A stretch of DNA of 64,000 nucleotides, from the NCBI RefSeq assembly GCF_009914755.1, contig NC_060929.1; one strand, written 5' to 3'. A program made the position numbers and the translations under genes. Shown here piece by piece: positions 12,534-27,347 of the stretch. A model generated the notes under the pieces. The model ran no database searches. It was not told the DNA's origin and worked only from the letters and a program-made list of their open reading frames with translations. Source of the stretch: the human T2T-CHM13v2.0 reference genome, Homo sapiens. Every line of letters starts with the position of its first letter. Positions within the stretch are counted from its first letter, which is position 1.

Positions 12534-15169
12534 CTCTCTCTTCTATAGCTTCAAACTCTCCATCTCCCGGATCCTCATCCTCGGTCCCTGAGCAAACTCA
12601 AGCCACCTAAAATCCTCTGTGCTCGAGGCAGGGCCACACACACATCTACACAAGCGCACACGTAAACACTGCACTCACATCTAAGACTGCACACCCTCCG
12701 CAGCTGATGTCTGCCCCACCGCAGCATGTGTGCCATGCGCACCAGCTTCCCTCCACTCCCTTGCCTCTCACTGGCCCCTCACCTGGTCAGTCTAGCTTCC
12801 ACCAACTCCCCAGCGACCCTGCAAAGCCCCCTCTTGGCTGCTGGGCCTGATGCCCCCTGCCATCCCAATTCCCTGAACCCCCTCCTCTTGAACCTCTCTC
12901 ATCCTTTAGCAGGTGGGCAGCCCCGCTCCTAAGACCCCACTGCCTCCTCCACTTGTCTGCACATGGTGGGGGGCCAAGGAGCACTTCCTTCCCCTTCTGC
13001 CTCCCTCTTCCTTTGGTGCCCGCCCACCCACCCCAGGATGTGGAATCCACAGCCCTCCATACAGAGCGCTCCCAACCCGAATTCTACCCAGACCTTGCCC
13101 CTGCACCTAGGACCTGCATTTCCAGCTGCCAGACTCCTTCCAAGAGACAGCCCCAGTGACAAACCCTCTCTCCAAGCTACCCTTCCTCTCTACCACCCAT
13201 CTGTGCAAGTCAAAAGCTGGGGAGTGCTTTTCCTCAGCCTCTCCCTCAGCCCCCAGGCCCACAGACCCAAGTGCCTGGAGATCCCGGCCTCTCCATGTTT
13301 CCTGAGTAGATTATGCTGCCTCTATTGAAAGATGTTCCGGCAGAACACTGGATGATCCAGAAATATTTCCATTATGTGTGGCATGGGCAGAGGCAGATCA
13401 CAAAGGGAAGGTACAATACGACCCTTTTGTCATTAAGTATGTTTACACATATGTGCATGGACGTGGGAGACACACAAAAATGTTGAAAGCTAATGGCACT
13501 GCAGGGATTTCCATTTTCTCCTTTTGGCTTATTTCTGCATTCTGTTTTATATGAAGGCACATACGACAGTTTTTAACTTAAAGACAGGACAAAAAGTTGC
13601 CAGCCATCGTGAGTCACCCCAGGACTGCCGGTGCTGGGAATGCCAAAATCTGATGGGACCCAGCGCAGGTGGGGAGAGGAGCAGAGGATGCGCCCACGGC
13701 CCGTGCCTTCTTTGAATCAGTCCTCACGGGGCCATCTCAAGGTGGAGACTCTGAAAGTGCAGAGAAGTGAAATAACCCGCCCATGGTCACACAGGAGGGA
13801 GTGCAGGGTCCAGTTCTCCCTCCCCCACCCAGGTCCGCACTACAGGCTCTGATCCACGCCCTCCCTTGAGGACAAACCCTGAGCCACGCTGGGTCCTCCC
13901 GCAGGCCCTGAAATAGAGCTTCATTGCCACATCAGACACCGGGAGACGCGAGGAGGCCGTGAGCCAATTCCAGATGACTTGTCAAGGCTGCGCCAGCCAC
14001 AGAGTCAGGGAAGCCTCTGGCTGCCTCTGTAATATAAGAACCAGGACTGAAGGCCCCTCTGGGAGGGCACTAGACGAGGGCCTCGGCAGCTCCGCAGGCA
14101 GGTGGGGCCCAGGCCAGGCGGGACAGAAACCCAAATGTGGCGATGCAAACTGGACAGAAAGAGGCCTCTCTGGGCTGCGGCTCCCTCACTCGGGGCCTGA
14201 CGGTACCAGGGGGAGTTGATCTCTCACACACAAGCTGGCGCCAGACCCCTAACTGCAGGTGTCCCTAAGGAGAGGTGCCTGGCAAGTCCTCTCCTGGGAG
14301 TGGACGCTCTCCTCCTGAGCACGGTGTGGAAGCAGGGCCGTGCCCAGCATGGGTGCGTGAGGACTGGATCCTGCCTGCAGACAGGACTGGCGGGAGGCAG
14401 AACTTGAGCTGCCTAGGACTGAGGCCACTCCAGAGCCAAGACTGACAGTCTCCACAAAACCAAGGAGCCCTCACCTGTCTCATGGCTGGCAGGGGCTGCA
14501 CAGGAAGTGACAGAGGCCTGGTGCCCTCCAGAGGCAGGCACCGAGCCAGCCAGTGTCAGGGAGCAGGTCTGCACATCTGATGGAAAATCCATCCGTGGTC
14601 CCCCTTCTGACAGGCCTTTGGCTGCCTTCCCTTCTAAATAGCTGCGAAGGGAAATGGCCTGGCAGAAGGAAAGACAATGGGGCCCCAGGGGCAGCAGTCC
14701 AGGAGGGCCTGGGCCCCCCACCCTCCAGCTGTAGGACTCCCAAGCTAAGGACAGAGAGAATACTTTGGGGAGGAGAAAGAAGCAGACACCAGGCTTCGTG
14801 GCAGGTGTCAGCATGGCTGAGGGCAGGCAGAACAGCCGCCAGCTTGATCTGGACACCTGGTCCTGCCACAGGCCACAGCACTTGCCAGGGGCCGTTGGGA
14901 CCTGTCACTGCCCTGTGGGAGCTCCCTGGAGAGTTCTTAACCTGGGCTCCATAAACTGGGAAAAGAGAACACTTCAACTTCATCTTTACTAACTGGGAAC
15001 TGAAAGCTGCCATTCCCTTCAACTCTGGAGAGAGGCAGCAACCCCAGACTTAACAGCACCTGCGCCCGTCAGGGCAGAAATCACAGGCTTCGGCAACTGT
15101 CAGCACCGCTGCTGCAGACCAGACCAAATGGTGTTTACACTCAGCACAACTTAAATTATAGAGGCTGTA

Positions 15170-15715
15170 AGATGCACTCCTAGGTCTTATTATTTAATGC
15201 ATCAATTAAAAGCACACAAAAAAGTTTTACATGAATGTTCCTGGCAGCATTATTCACAAGAGCTAAAGGGTGGAAACAACCCAATCCATCAACCCATGAG
15301 TGGATTTAAAAAACTGTGGTACATCCATGCAATGGAATCATATCTTTCCATCCAAAGTAATGAAGCTCTGATGCATGCTGCAACCTAGATGAACCTTGAA
15401 AACATTATGCTGAGTGAAAGAAGCCAGACACAAAGGGCAAATATTGTGTGATTCATTTATACTAATGAAATGCCCAGAACAGGCAAATCTATACAGGCAG
15501 AAGGTAGGTCAGTGGTTGCCTAGGCCTGGGAGGACGGGGTAATTGGGGGTTACTAAAGGGTCTGGGGTTTCTTTTCAGAGTCTTGAACATGATCTAAAAT
15601 TGTGGTGATGGTTGCACCATTCTGTGAACATACTAAAGCCATTCATTGAATTTTACGTTATAAGTTGGTAAAATACATAGTATGTGAATTATGTCTCAAT
15701 AACATTATTATCAAA
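15170..15715 (+). mobile_element. L1MB-like 3' end
   Basis: GATGAACCTTGAAAACATTATGCTGAGTGAAAGAAGCCAGACACAAA...GTATGTGAATTATGTCTCAATAA. Confidence 0.88.
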
Positions 15716-15779
15716 AATGTGTAAGGTATAATAATGATTAAAAATTTTAAAAGCATGTGTATGTTGATAGCTTTATTTT

Positions 15780-16080
<301 letters not shown>

Positions 16081-17581
16081 GATAGCTTTATTTCAATCAG
16101 ATTTATTTCCTTTGTATTTTGTAGTGTACACTAAACACATTATTTTGATCAGGGGTCCATGGGCCTCACCAGGCTGGCAGGAGGGTTCACGACATGGAAC
16201 AGCTGTGCTAACTACCAGGACAGAAGACAGGAAGGTTTGCTGGAAGAGGGGTGATGAGAAGTTGGCCAGGCCTATGGGGTTCCCAGCATTCAGGCAAAAG
16301 CCCAGAGGTCCTCAGGGACCCCCCACTGTCTGCTCTGCTAATGCAAAGCCCATGAGGCCCAAGGAGTCTCAGCTTCTTCAGCCACCCGATCACACCCCGA
16401 CACACACTAGGCCCTGGTTCCTTCAAGTCCTTAGGTCATTTTCAGATTCAACTTCAGCCAAGACAAATGGTCCCCTCCTGCACCTGCCACAGGCACTGTT
16501 TCCAACGTGGGCAGAGTTGACAGTTGATGGGTGTGTGTGATCTTTCGGAGCTCCTGTCCCAGGCCCACAGGATGAACGGGAAGGTGGACATGGTGGGTAG
16601 AGCAAGCAGGAAATGATGATGGTCAGGAGGGGCCTTGAATGCTGGTTCTGGGGGCCTGTGCTTTACCCTCAAAGTGGAGGAGCCATGGGGAGCATTTCGT
16701 GTGGGGCACGGAAGGGAGACCGCGTGCTTATCATGGGCGGCTGGAAGGGAGTGGGAGAAACGGGGGCAGGGAGAAGACAGGGCAGATGTCCTGGAGACAG
16801 AAGGCAATGGGGACCCATAGCTCCTCCTGACACATCAGCCTGGCTTTCCTCTGGGGCCCATCCTCTCCCCGACCCACTCCCAGAGGGTCAGAGGACAGAC
16901 GCCAGCCCTGGAGCCACAGCAGTCCTGTGACGAGGCCTGGCCAGCCGAAGTCCTGCTCCGCTGTCCTGGCCATAGTGATTTGCCTGAAGCATGTGACCCA
17001 ACCTGAGCCAGTGAGAACTCACCACTGGGCTCTCCCAGAAACCCTCGGGGAACCTGGGCCTCTCTCTGCCGGGCGGCTGGTGCACTGCCCAGGCAGGACC
17101 CACGGGGAGGGCGGCTGAGCTGAAACCGTGCGGGAGGCCTGGGCTGCCGCCCTGAGCCCCGCATTCCCCCTTTGGCCCCAGCCGCTTCTGCCCCGGTTTT
17201 CTGTCACTTGCAGTCACAGGAGTGTGGACCTGGGGATGGCCTGTGGGAGGGACAGGGGCACAGGCACCAGCTGCACAGGTGTGGATGGGAGGACAGGAGC
17301 GAGGCCAGCCGCCTCTGGGCCACACCCTCCGGATTCACTCCCAAAGGAGAACGGCCAGGCGGCCAAGTCCTCCCAGCTGAGGGGTGCGGAGGAAGGGATC
17401 AGAGCGCTCCCCCAACAAAGGCTGTCTCTCCGTCCTGCACATCCCCTCGCCACACTGACCTCCATTTCCCTTCTTGGGGCCTGCCCGCCACGAGACTCTT
17501 CTCCCATTCCAGACTGGAAATCTTTTCCGCATCTTGACTAATTGTTTTCAGGTGGGAAGGATTTGGTGGAGAAATGGCGTT

Positions 17582-17583
17582 TG

Positions 17584-17626
<43 letters not shown>
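17582..17626. repeat. (TG)n microsatellite
   Basis: About 22 TG units with one interruption. Confidence 0.95.
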
Positions 17627-17628
<2 letters not shown>

Positions 17629-18479
17629 ACCCCCAGCCGGGCAGCTGCCCCAGGAATGCTGTATTGGCGGGAAGAGCTAGAGGACCCTTGGCCTCAGCCA
17701 TGTCCTGAGGGGCTCTCGGTGATGTCAGCGGCTCCTGGCCTCTTCCAGTAAACATCTGTTCTTATTCTGACCCAGGAATTCCATTTCAGAACAGTAACGG
17801 CCTCCACTGGCAACACATCCCAGGCCGGTGATGCCTGGGGCAGGGAGAGCATCCTACCCCGGCCTGTGCCCCGCCCCCGGCCCCGCCCCCCCACTCCCAT
17901 GCCCGCCCAAGCCCCGCCCACAGAGCTCTCAAAAGGGACAAAATCTGCACCTGGCTCCGTGTTTCCAAGCGCTTTCACACTGTGGTCCCTCCTAGCAGCG
18001 CCATCAGGAAAATATGATCTTGTAGTAACAGGCCCTTCGCTGCTCAGTGCTGGCCCTCGCTTCATTTAATCCTCATCATAACCCACCAGAGTAGTTACCG
18101 TCATCAGCTTTTACCTTTCACAGATGAGAAACAGGAGGCTCGCTCGCCCAGGGAGGGAGGGAGCAGAAAACCAAGCCCACGTGTTGGAGCGAGATCGCGT
18201 CTGACTCCAGCGCACGGGACCTTGCAGGGGCTGATGGCCAAAAACTGAAGTCATGGGAAGGAGAGGGAGAGGGAGAGGGAGAGAGAGGGGAGGAAGAAAT
18301 GACCGTTCCAAAGCCCATGCAGCACTCATCTCAAAATAAGAGAAACTCTCAGGTGCCTACACAGGGAGTGAATGCGTGTGAAGCCCGCCAGGGTAATGAT
18401 AGGGAGCAGCAGAGACTCCCAAGGCACCTGGAACTGTGGGACCCTTCTAGAGGGTTCCATCCTTGCTCAGCTCTAGCCC

Positions 18480-18630
18480 TCCAGCACATAGGCCCGGCAG
18501 ATTTCCTGGTTCTCAAGAGAAACTGGAAATCTTGAGCTTTGTGAGAAATTTTCAAACACTGGAAAAGCCAAACAAAACTCATCTGTGGGTGGACATGGCC
18601 CGTGGCCCACCAGTGTGCAAACTCCGCCCT
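18480..18630 (-). mobile_element. MER102-like hAT element
   Basis: GCCAAACAAAAC..TCTGTGGG...GGCCCGTGGCCCACCAGTGTGCAAACTC terminus. Confidence 0.6.
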
Positions 18631-19420
18631 GCACAATGGGAACCCTGAAGTGCAGAAAATTATCTCATTGTGAAGGGTAAGGCAGGGACTCAAAACAGGG
18701 CTCCTCAGTCCACATTCATAGAGTCTCCAGGTTGTACCACCGAATCTACTCGCCAGCCTTCTCCTGAAAGTGTCTCACTGAACCACATCCCCCGTAGAAA
18801 CTCAGGGCATCTTTCAAAGGCCGCAGTTTTCCTGCCAGCCTGCAAACAACCCTGTGCATGCCTGGTGCACTGCTCCCCAACCACAGGGGACACCTAACAG
18901 ACCACGAGGGACTGAGAGAGCCTCCTTGACTGAAAGGGAAGGTCAACCGCCGCCACTCATCCCCATAAAACCACAACATGGGCACATCCTGCGTTCGAAG
19001 CTCTACTTGATGCAAGAGAGCAGGGAAAGGAAAGCCGTGCCACCGTGGGGAAATGGGCCTGGGAGATCCATTCAGGCCAAGGTTTGTCCACTTTGGGTCT
19101 ACCACCACCAGCATTCACAGAAGAAGCAGCACCTGGTTCTCAATTCCCTTAGAAGCGGGGCTAGATGCTCTGAAGGCATGGTTGTAGCTCCCACACAAAA
19201 TTACTAAAGACATAAAACGAAAACATGTTGAAAAAGAAGAGACAATATTATGAACTGCAGAAAGTAACTGCACACGTAGAGAATCCTCACCCCCAAAAAC
19301 ATCCAAAAAAAGGAACCAAATAATAACAAGGAAGTTCATGAAAAGTCTAGATGCAAAATAAATAGAGAAACTCATATATCTGGGAACGCAAACATGGGAA
19401 ACATCCAAGCGAGAGATTTA

Positions 19421-19727
19421 GGTTTGTTTTGTTTTGTTTTTTGAGACAGAGTCTCGCTCTGTCGCCCAGGCTGGAGTGCAGTGGTGCAAGCGATCTGAGC
19501 TCACTGCAGGCTCCGCCTCCCGGGTTCACGCCATTCTCCTGCCTCAGCCTCCCGAGTAGCTGGGACTACAGGCGCGCACCACCACGCCCGGCTAATTTTT
19601 TGTATTTTTAGTAGAGACGGGGTTTCACCGTGTTAGCCAGGATGGTCTCGATTTCCTGACCTCGTGATCCACCCGCCTCGGCCTCCCAAAGTGCTGGGAT
19701 TGCAGGCGTGAGCCACCGCACCCGGCA
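19421..19727 (-). mobile_element. AluY
   Basis: CpG-rich, TTCACGCCATTCTC; TSD AGAGATTTA. Confidence 0.93.
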
Positions 19728-20039
19728 AGAGATTTATTTCAGAAGGACTTTTTGTGATTATCTGTGGTTCATATTTGTGCCATTCTAGTAACAGAGAGAC
19801 TGCTTTGCTAAGACATGGGAAGATGCAGGTCATTGGGAGCAAAGGATCTGAAGCAGGGGCTGTTGCCAGGGAGGGCGCGCCTTGAGGACAGCAATGCTGG
19901 GGCTTGGGCTTGCCAGGTCAACCATGGGTATCAAGTGGTTCGTGGCAGCTCTGCACATGCATGTATGATTTGCACTAATGTGTCATTTTTAACTCTGTTT
20001 TCTCCCTGGGAATAAAGATGTCTAAATTCTGAGAATATC

Positions 20040-21200
<1,161 letters not shown>

Positions 21201-21240
21201 TGGGGGCCGTAACCACCAGCCATTAAAGAAACAAGTTTCA

Positions 21241-21546
<306 letters not shown>

Positions 21547-22609
21547 GGAAACAAGTTTCAACAATAACACGATTGCCTGACTCCCACCAAGGGTCCCAGG
21601 CCAGCCCAGCCCCAGCGGACTCCTGCAGGCCTTGGGGAGCCAGGTGGGCACCTGCAGGCAGGTTGGGGGAAGGCTGTGAGGACTCTGAGCCCCCAGAGTC
21701 TATCAGGACAGGCTGACACCAAGACAGAGACGGCCTACATCTACCCACCCCATACCATGCCCAGTCCTGGACCAGCCATCCCTGGCCCCAAAGGCCACAG
21801 CGTAGTCACCACAGCTGAGACTGCCCCAATCAGGGCCACCTGCAATGTCCAGCAGCCTCCCTGCAACTGCCCCGGCTTTGGTTTTTAATGTCCCTAGTCC
21901 CGAGAATGCAGAAGCTCTGCAAAGAGAAGAACGCAGCAACTCTGGCAACCTGACTGTGGAGGCAGACACCTGGCACACATTTCCCCTCCCCCAGTGCCCG
22001 TGATCTCCACCCAGCGCTGGGCACCCTCCAACCTCCACTCCATTCACTCCCAGACGGAGCAAAGGCTGGCCTCATTGGCCACCTTGCCCAGCACACCACC
22101 TGCACAACCTTCCCAGCAGCCCTGCTCATCGGGCCACCCTCCCCAGTGAGGACACAGCCCGTGACAGCCTGGGCACCCCAACAGGAAAGACAGCCCAAAG
22201 GCCAAGCCGCCCTATCTGAGGTGGAGGATGCTCTGGCAGGGCAGGGACTCAGCCTTGACCTTGTTTGCTAGAAAATGCACCAAGAACTCAGTAGCAGGCC
22301 AAGGAGAGGAGACATGAATTCCCCTTTTCAGCAATTCACCCTGCTTGTACAGGTGGGGAGTTATCTGTACCTCTGAGGAGGTACAGATTTCATCTGGTGC
22401 TCCAGCTGCAGTGAAAGGAGCTGGCTCTGGGCTCTGTGGGACCTGGGGTGGGTCATCCCCATCGCTGTGCCCTGATTTCCTCCCAGCACATTGGGATGGC
22501 TCGTTGTTGGTTCCCAGAATGTACCAGGAAGGTACAGGTGCAGAGTGCAGCTGATGACGAAGGGCCCCCAGCCAGGAAGGGTCCCCAGGAGTCCTGGCTG
22601 ATGAAAGAC

Positions 22610-23020
22610 TCTGGGAAAGAAAGGTGGGAACAGGGAGAGGACAGAAGGGGCAGGGAGGGGAGAGGACATAAAGGGAGAATGGAGAGAAAAGGGAAAAAGG
22701 GGAGATGAGGGAGAAGAGAAGGGAGGGGAGTGGGAAAAAGAGGAATGAGAAAAGAAGGGGGAAGAGAGAGGAGGGAAGGGGAGGAGAAGCTGGAGGGAGA
22801 GGAGGGGGAAGGGAGGGAGAGGAGGGGGAAGGGAGGGAGAGGAGGGGGAAGGGAGGGAGAGGAGGGGGAAGGGAGGGAGAGGAGGGGGAAGGGAGGGAGA
22901 GGAGGGGGAAGGGAGGGAGAGGAGGGGGAAGGGAGGGAGAGGAGGGGGAAGGGAGGGAGAGGAGGGGGAAGGGAGGGAGAGGAGGGGGAAGGGAGGGAGA
23001 GGAGGGGGAAGGGAGGGAGG
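22610..23020. repeat. Polypurine tract containing ~11 x 20-bp repeat
   Basis: GGAGGGGGAAGGGAGGGAGA perfect copies over 22801-23019. Confidence 0.95.
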
Positions 23021-23189
23021 GGCTCCCAGCACCAGGACCCAGCACAACCGTCCTATGACAGTTGTCTCTGCAGCTGCATTTAGGGCTGTTCTGGAAACTC
23101 AGGCCTTCTCCCTGTCGGCAGGGCTGAGCCCTGGTCTGGGACCTCCCCTTGTTCTATCAGAGCCCCCAGGCTGGGTGAGGTCCACTGGG

Positions 23190-23968
23190 ATCTGTTTTCA
23201 CTCACAATGCTTCTGACACCAAACATGTGGTTTCCCTCACACCAACCAGTTCTCCAACCTCCAGACGCTAGCTGGGTGCCCCACAGTTGAGTGCAATGCT
23301 CACGCCAACTACCTGGGGTCAGCTTAGCCCTCAGGTTAAGGCCTCAGTCCCACACAGCAGCCCCACTTGCGGTGGCAAGTTCCAGCTTTCCACCTGTGCC
23401 TCTGACCAGGCGGCTATAAATTGGGCGGGTCCCACAACTCCCTCCTCAGGTTCTGTAATTTGCTATTAGGTTGGTGCAAAAGTAACTGTGACCTTGGAAT
23501 CAGACAGACATGTGTTCATTAATAGAACAGATCACAGAACTCAGGGAGGCATTTTACTTACTATTTCCAGTTGATTATTAAAGACACAACCCAGGAACAG
23601 CTGCATGGGAGGGATGGGCAGGGCAAGGTAACGGGAAGGGCTGCAGAGCCTCCACGCCCTCTCTGGGCACTCACCCTCCCAGAACCTCCACCTGTTCACC
23701 AACCCAAAGCTCTCCAAACCTTGTCATTTAGGGGTTTTCATGGAAGTTCCATGACTCCCATCCCCAGAGGTTGGGGAAGTGAGGCTGAATTCTCAACCCA
23801 ACAATCCAGAAACTCTTATATCAGGAACAAGGGGACTCAGACCAAATCTGATAATAAAAGGTGTTTCTATCACCCTTAACACTCAGGAAATTACAAAGGT
23901 TTTAGGAGCTCTGAGGCAGGAACCAGAGATGAAGAACAAACATACATTTATAATTTCCCACTATCACA
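23190..23968 (-). mobile_element. MER21-like LTR with MADE1-like fragment (~23466-23490)
   Basis: CTTCTGACACCAA...GGCTATAAATTGG...CAGGAAATTACAAAGGTTTTAGGAGCTCTG...ATCACA; TTAGGTTGGTGCAAAAGTAA is a mariner-type TIR. Confidence 0.75.
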
Positions 23969-24850
23969 GGGTCTCAGACAGTACCTCAGTCTGTGACCCA
24001 ACCTGCATTGCCCCAGAAGCCCAGACCTCAGCTCAGGGCCAGTGTGCTGGGATCAGTGGCCAGTGGCCAGCCATCGTGCAGAGAGGGGAGGGCAGAGGGG
24101 AGGGAGGGAGGGGATGGGAGAGGAAGGGAGGGAGGAGTGCAGAGAGGAAGGGAGGGGAAGGAAGGGAAGGAGAGGAGACCAGGAGCCTCCCAGGGCCTGG
24201 GCACCTGCCTGGGAGGGCACTGAGGAGCACCAAGGAGGATGCCTACCACTGCCCCCACCTTGCCCTGATCAGGTCTGCAGGATCAGTGCTCAATGCCCAT
24301 GGAGCTCCAGGTGGCCGCCAAGTGTGGACAGCCCTGCAGCAAAGGCCAGCTACTGCCCTGGGAGCCCTCACCCCCTTATCCTGCCCGCTTGCCTGTGAGG
24401 ACCCCTCCCTACTGTGTGGCCTTGGGGATAGCCATGCGACGGCGGCTGCCTTCCTTCTGCCGGGGCTCTGAATTTCCAGGTGAGAGACCCGAGAGCAGAG
24501 GGCCAGGAGCCGACACCGCTGTGGCAGCTTCCCGCATCCCAAGCCGGGCCATGCCCACTGGCCATCGCTTCCTTCCACCTCAAGCCCCCCATGGAATTCC
24601 CTTTGACTGAGGCCAGCCAGCCTCATCCCCCTCTGCTCCCTCACTGACACACACCTTGTGAGGCAGGTGGTGTCTTAACTGGGAAAATGGAGGGTCACAG
24701 GCCAGCAAGAGAAGAGCCAGGCCCCAAGTCTGGTCTGTGAGCCCCCACTCCCCACAGCCCTCGCTAGTGAGCACCCGTCATGCTGTACAAAAGACTCTCC
24801 TGTGTAGCTTTTGAAAAGTACAGACCCCAGGGCTCACGCAGGTCTGATAA

Positions 24851-25301
<451 letters not shown>

Positions 25302-25849
25302 TAAGGAGGGAAATGTCTTTGCTTGGAAAAACACCTTCTAGAAGCACATGGGATAACAGATAACAGTGGGACTGGAAGAGCAGGAGACTCTGCAGACAGT
25401 GCCACCACCTCAGAGCAGCGGGCAAAGTCCGCTGTTAAGACACAGGAGGAGAATGGAGGGATTGCTCCAGAGAAACTGGACAGAGGGAGGGAGACGCCAC
25501 TGGGAGGGAAGAAAGAACCCACAGATGAAAGTGGAAATGCCCCCACACATGGCCCAAAGGGCTTTCCAAGAACAGGGTCCTGTTCTTCCAGAAGTCACCC
25601 GCGTGGCCGGGAGGTGCTGGCTCCCCCACCTTCTGCAGGAAGGCTGCCCCTCCCTACGAGGGCTTCCCATGGTGCGTAAATGGGGACTGGGTTTCATTCC
25701 TGGCCCAGCAAAGTGGACAGCTGAGGCCGAGGCTGAGAACACAAACACCCCAGAATCGCAACACCTCTGGCTTTTGGAGGTGAGAGAAGGGAGCGTTAAG
25801 AGTTAAGACACATTTTATCTTGATTTCAGCTCCTTTACTGATAAAAATG

Positions 25850-26557
25850 GGATCTTAGAAAACGAGAATTCAGAGGATATTGCCTTCACATGAAATCCAT
25901 CTTAATCCACAGCAAGCGCTGTATTAAGCAGAGAAATACCGGGGGCGTTGCCGTTAAAGCCAGGCACAGATGAGGATGCGTGTAGCCACGGCTGTGACTT
26001 AACATCGCTCTGAAGGTTCCAGACGGTGCAGATTGGAGATGAGGATCCAAAATTATCAGTGTTTACAGAGTGCAACTGTATACCTAGAAAACCCAAGGGA
26101 CTCCACAAAGATATATTAGAATTAATGAGTTCAATCAAGCTGCTTGATAAAAGATAGTTCTATAAAAATCAGTAGCCTTCCTGTGTACCAATAGATGGAA
26201 AGTATTCAATGAGCAATGGCAAAAAGAAAAAAAATCCTTGAAATAATCCTGATTTTTAAAAATGGATGACCTGTATAAAAATATGTATATATAATACTTC
26301 ATGGTACAACATCAAAGCAGAATGAAATAAGCTGAAAAAATATACTATGTTCCTGATGAATACTGTAAATTATGTCAATTCCTCCTTTAATTAGTTTCTA
26401 AGTTTAATTTACTATCAATCAAATTCACGAGGGATTTTTCTACCCGACAAAACAATTCTAAAATTCATTTGAAAGAATAAACATATGTGACCAGCCAAGA
26501 AAATTTTGTAAGAGAATACCAGCAAAGGGGGACGTATCCAGCCAGATGTTCCAAAGC
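25850..26557 (+). mobile_element. L1M ORF2 remnant
   Basis: TATACCTAGAAAACCCAAGGGACTCCAC...AAAAATCAGTAGCCTTCCT...AATTCTAAAATTCAT. Confidence 0.8.
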
Positions 26558-26866
26558 CACACAGTCCAACAGAAATAGAACTCGAGCTTTATATGTAGCC
26601 ATGTTTTTAAAAAAAAAAGACACAGGTGAAATTAATTTCAGAAATATATTTTATTTAACCCAGTATGCCCAAAATATTACCATTTCAACCTGTAATCAAT
26701 ACTTTAAAATGATCTATTAAACATTCCACATTCTTTTTGGGGGGTACGAAGTCTCTGAAATCCAATGTATATTTTATACTCAGGGTACCTCTCAATTCAG
26801 ACCAGACACATTTTAAGTCTTCAATAGCCTTGTGTGGCTTATAGCTACTGTATTGGACAGCAAAGC
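26558..26866. mobile_element. MER33-like hAT-Charlie element
   Basis: CAGGTGAAATTAATTT...TATTTTATTTAACCCA...GCTACTGTATTGGACAGC. Confidence 0.8.
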
Positions 26867-27203
26867 TTCAAAGTACTTAATACTTTGACTATTAGAGCCT
26901 TACAGTTCTAATAATAAACACAGCTTAATATTGGTACAAGAACAGAAAGATGGAAAAGTAGAATGTATCTGCGGTACTGCTTAACCTGAGGTTTCATTTG
27001 CAACTGACTGGCGATGGTGTACTATAACCCATAAAATAGACAGATGTAAATACATACCAATATGCTCACAGCTCTCAAGCCCCTTTTCATCATATGTCCA
27101 GAAGCTCTGTCCCAATCAGAATGGCCACTAGCAAGCCTTAGACAAGCCTTGCATGAAACGTGAAGACACCCTACTTTCCATGTGCTCCCAATCCCTGCTT
27201 TCA

Positions 27204-27347
27204 AACAGCCGCGTGGGAGGGATGGGCAGGGCAAGGTAACGGGAAGGGCTGCAGAGCCTCCACGCCCTCTCTGGGCACTCACCCTCCCAGCACCTCACCT
27301 GTTCACCAACCCAAAGCTCTCCAAACCTTGTCGTTTAGGGGTTTTCA
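27204..27347 (+). repeat. Dispersed direct copy of 23596-23740
   Basis: About 140/145 identity by eye. Confidence 0.92.

Noticed and set aside
22212-23083. Pro/Ser- and Gly/Arg/Glu-rich ORFs
   Set aside because: Translation of the 20-bp repeat
25568-25587. AGAACA-gggtcc-TGTTCT palindrome resembling a glucocorticoid response element
   Set aside because: Spacer is 6 bp, not the 3 bp required for GR/AR/PR dimers
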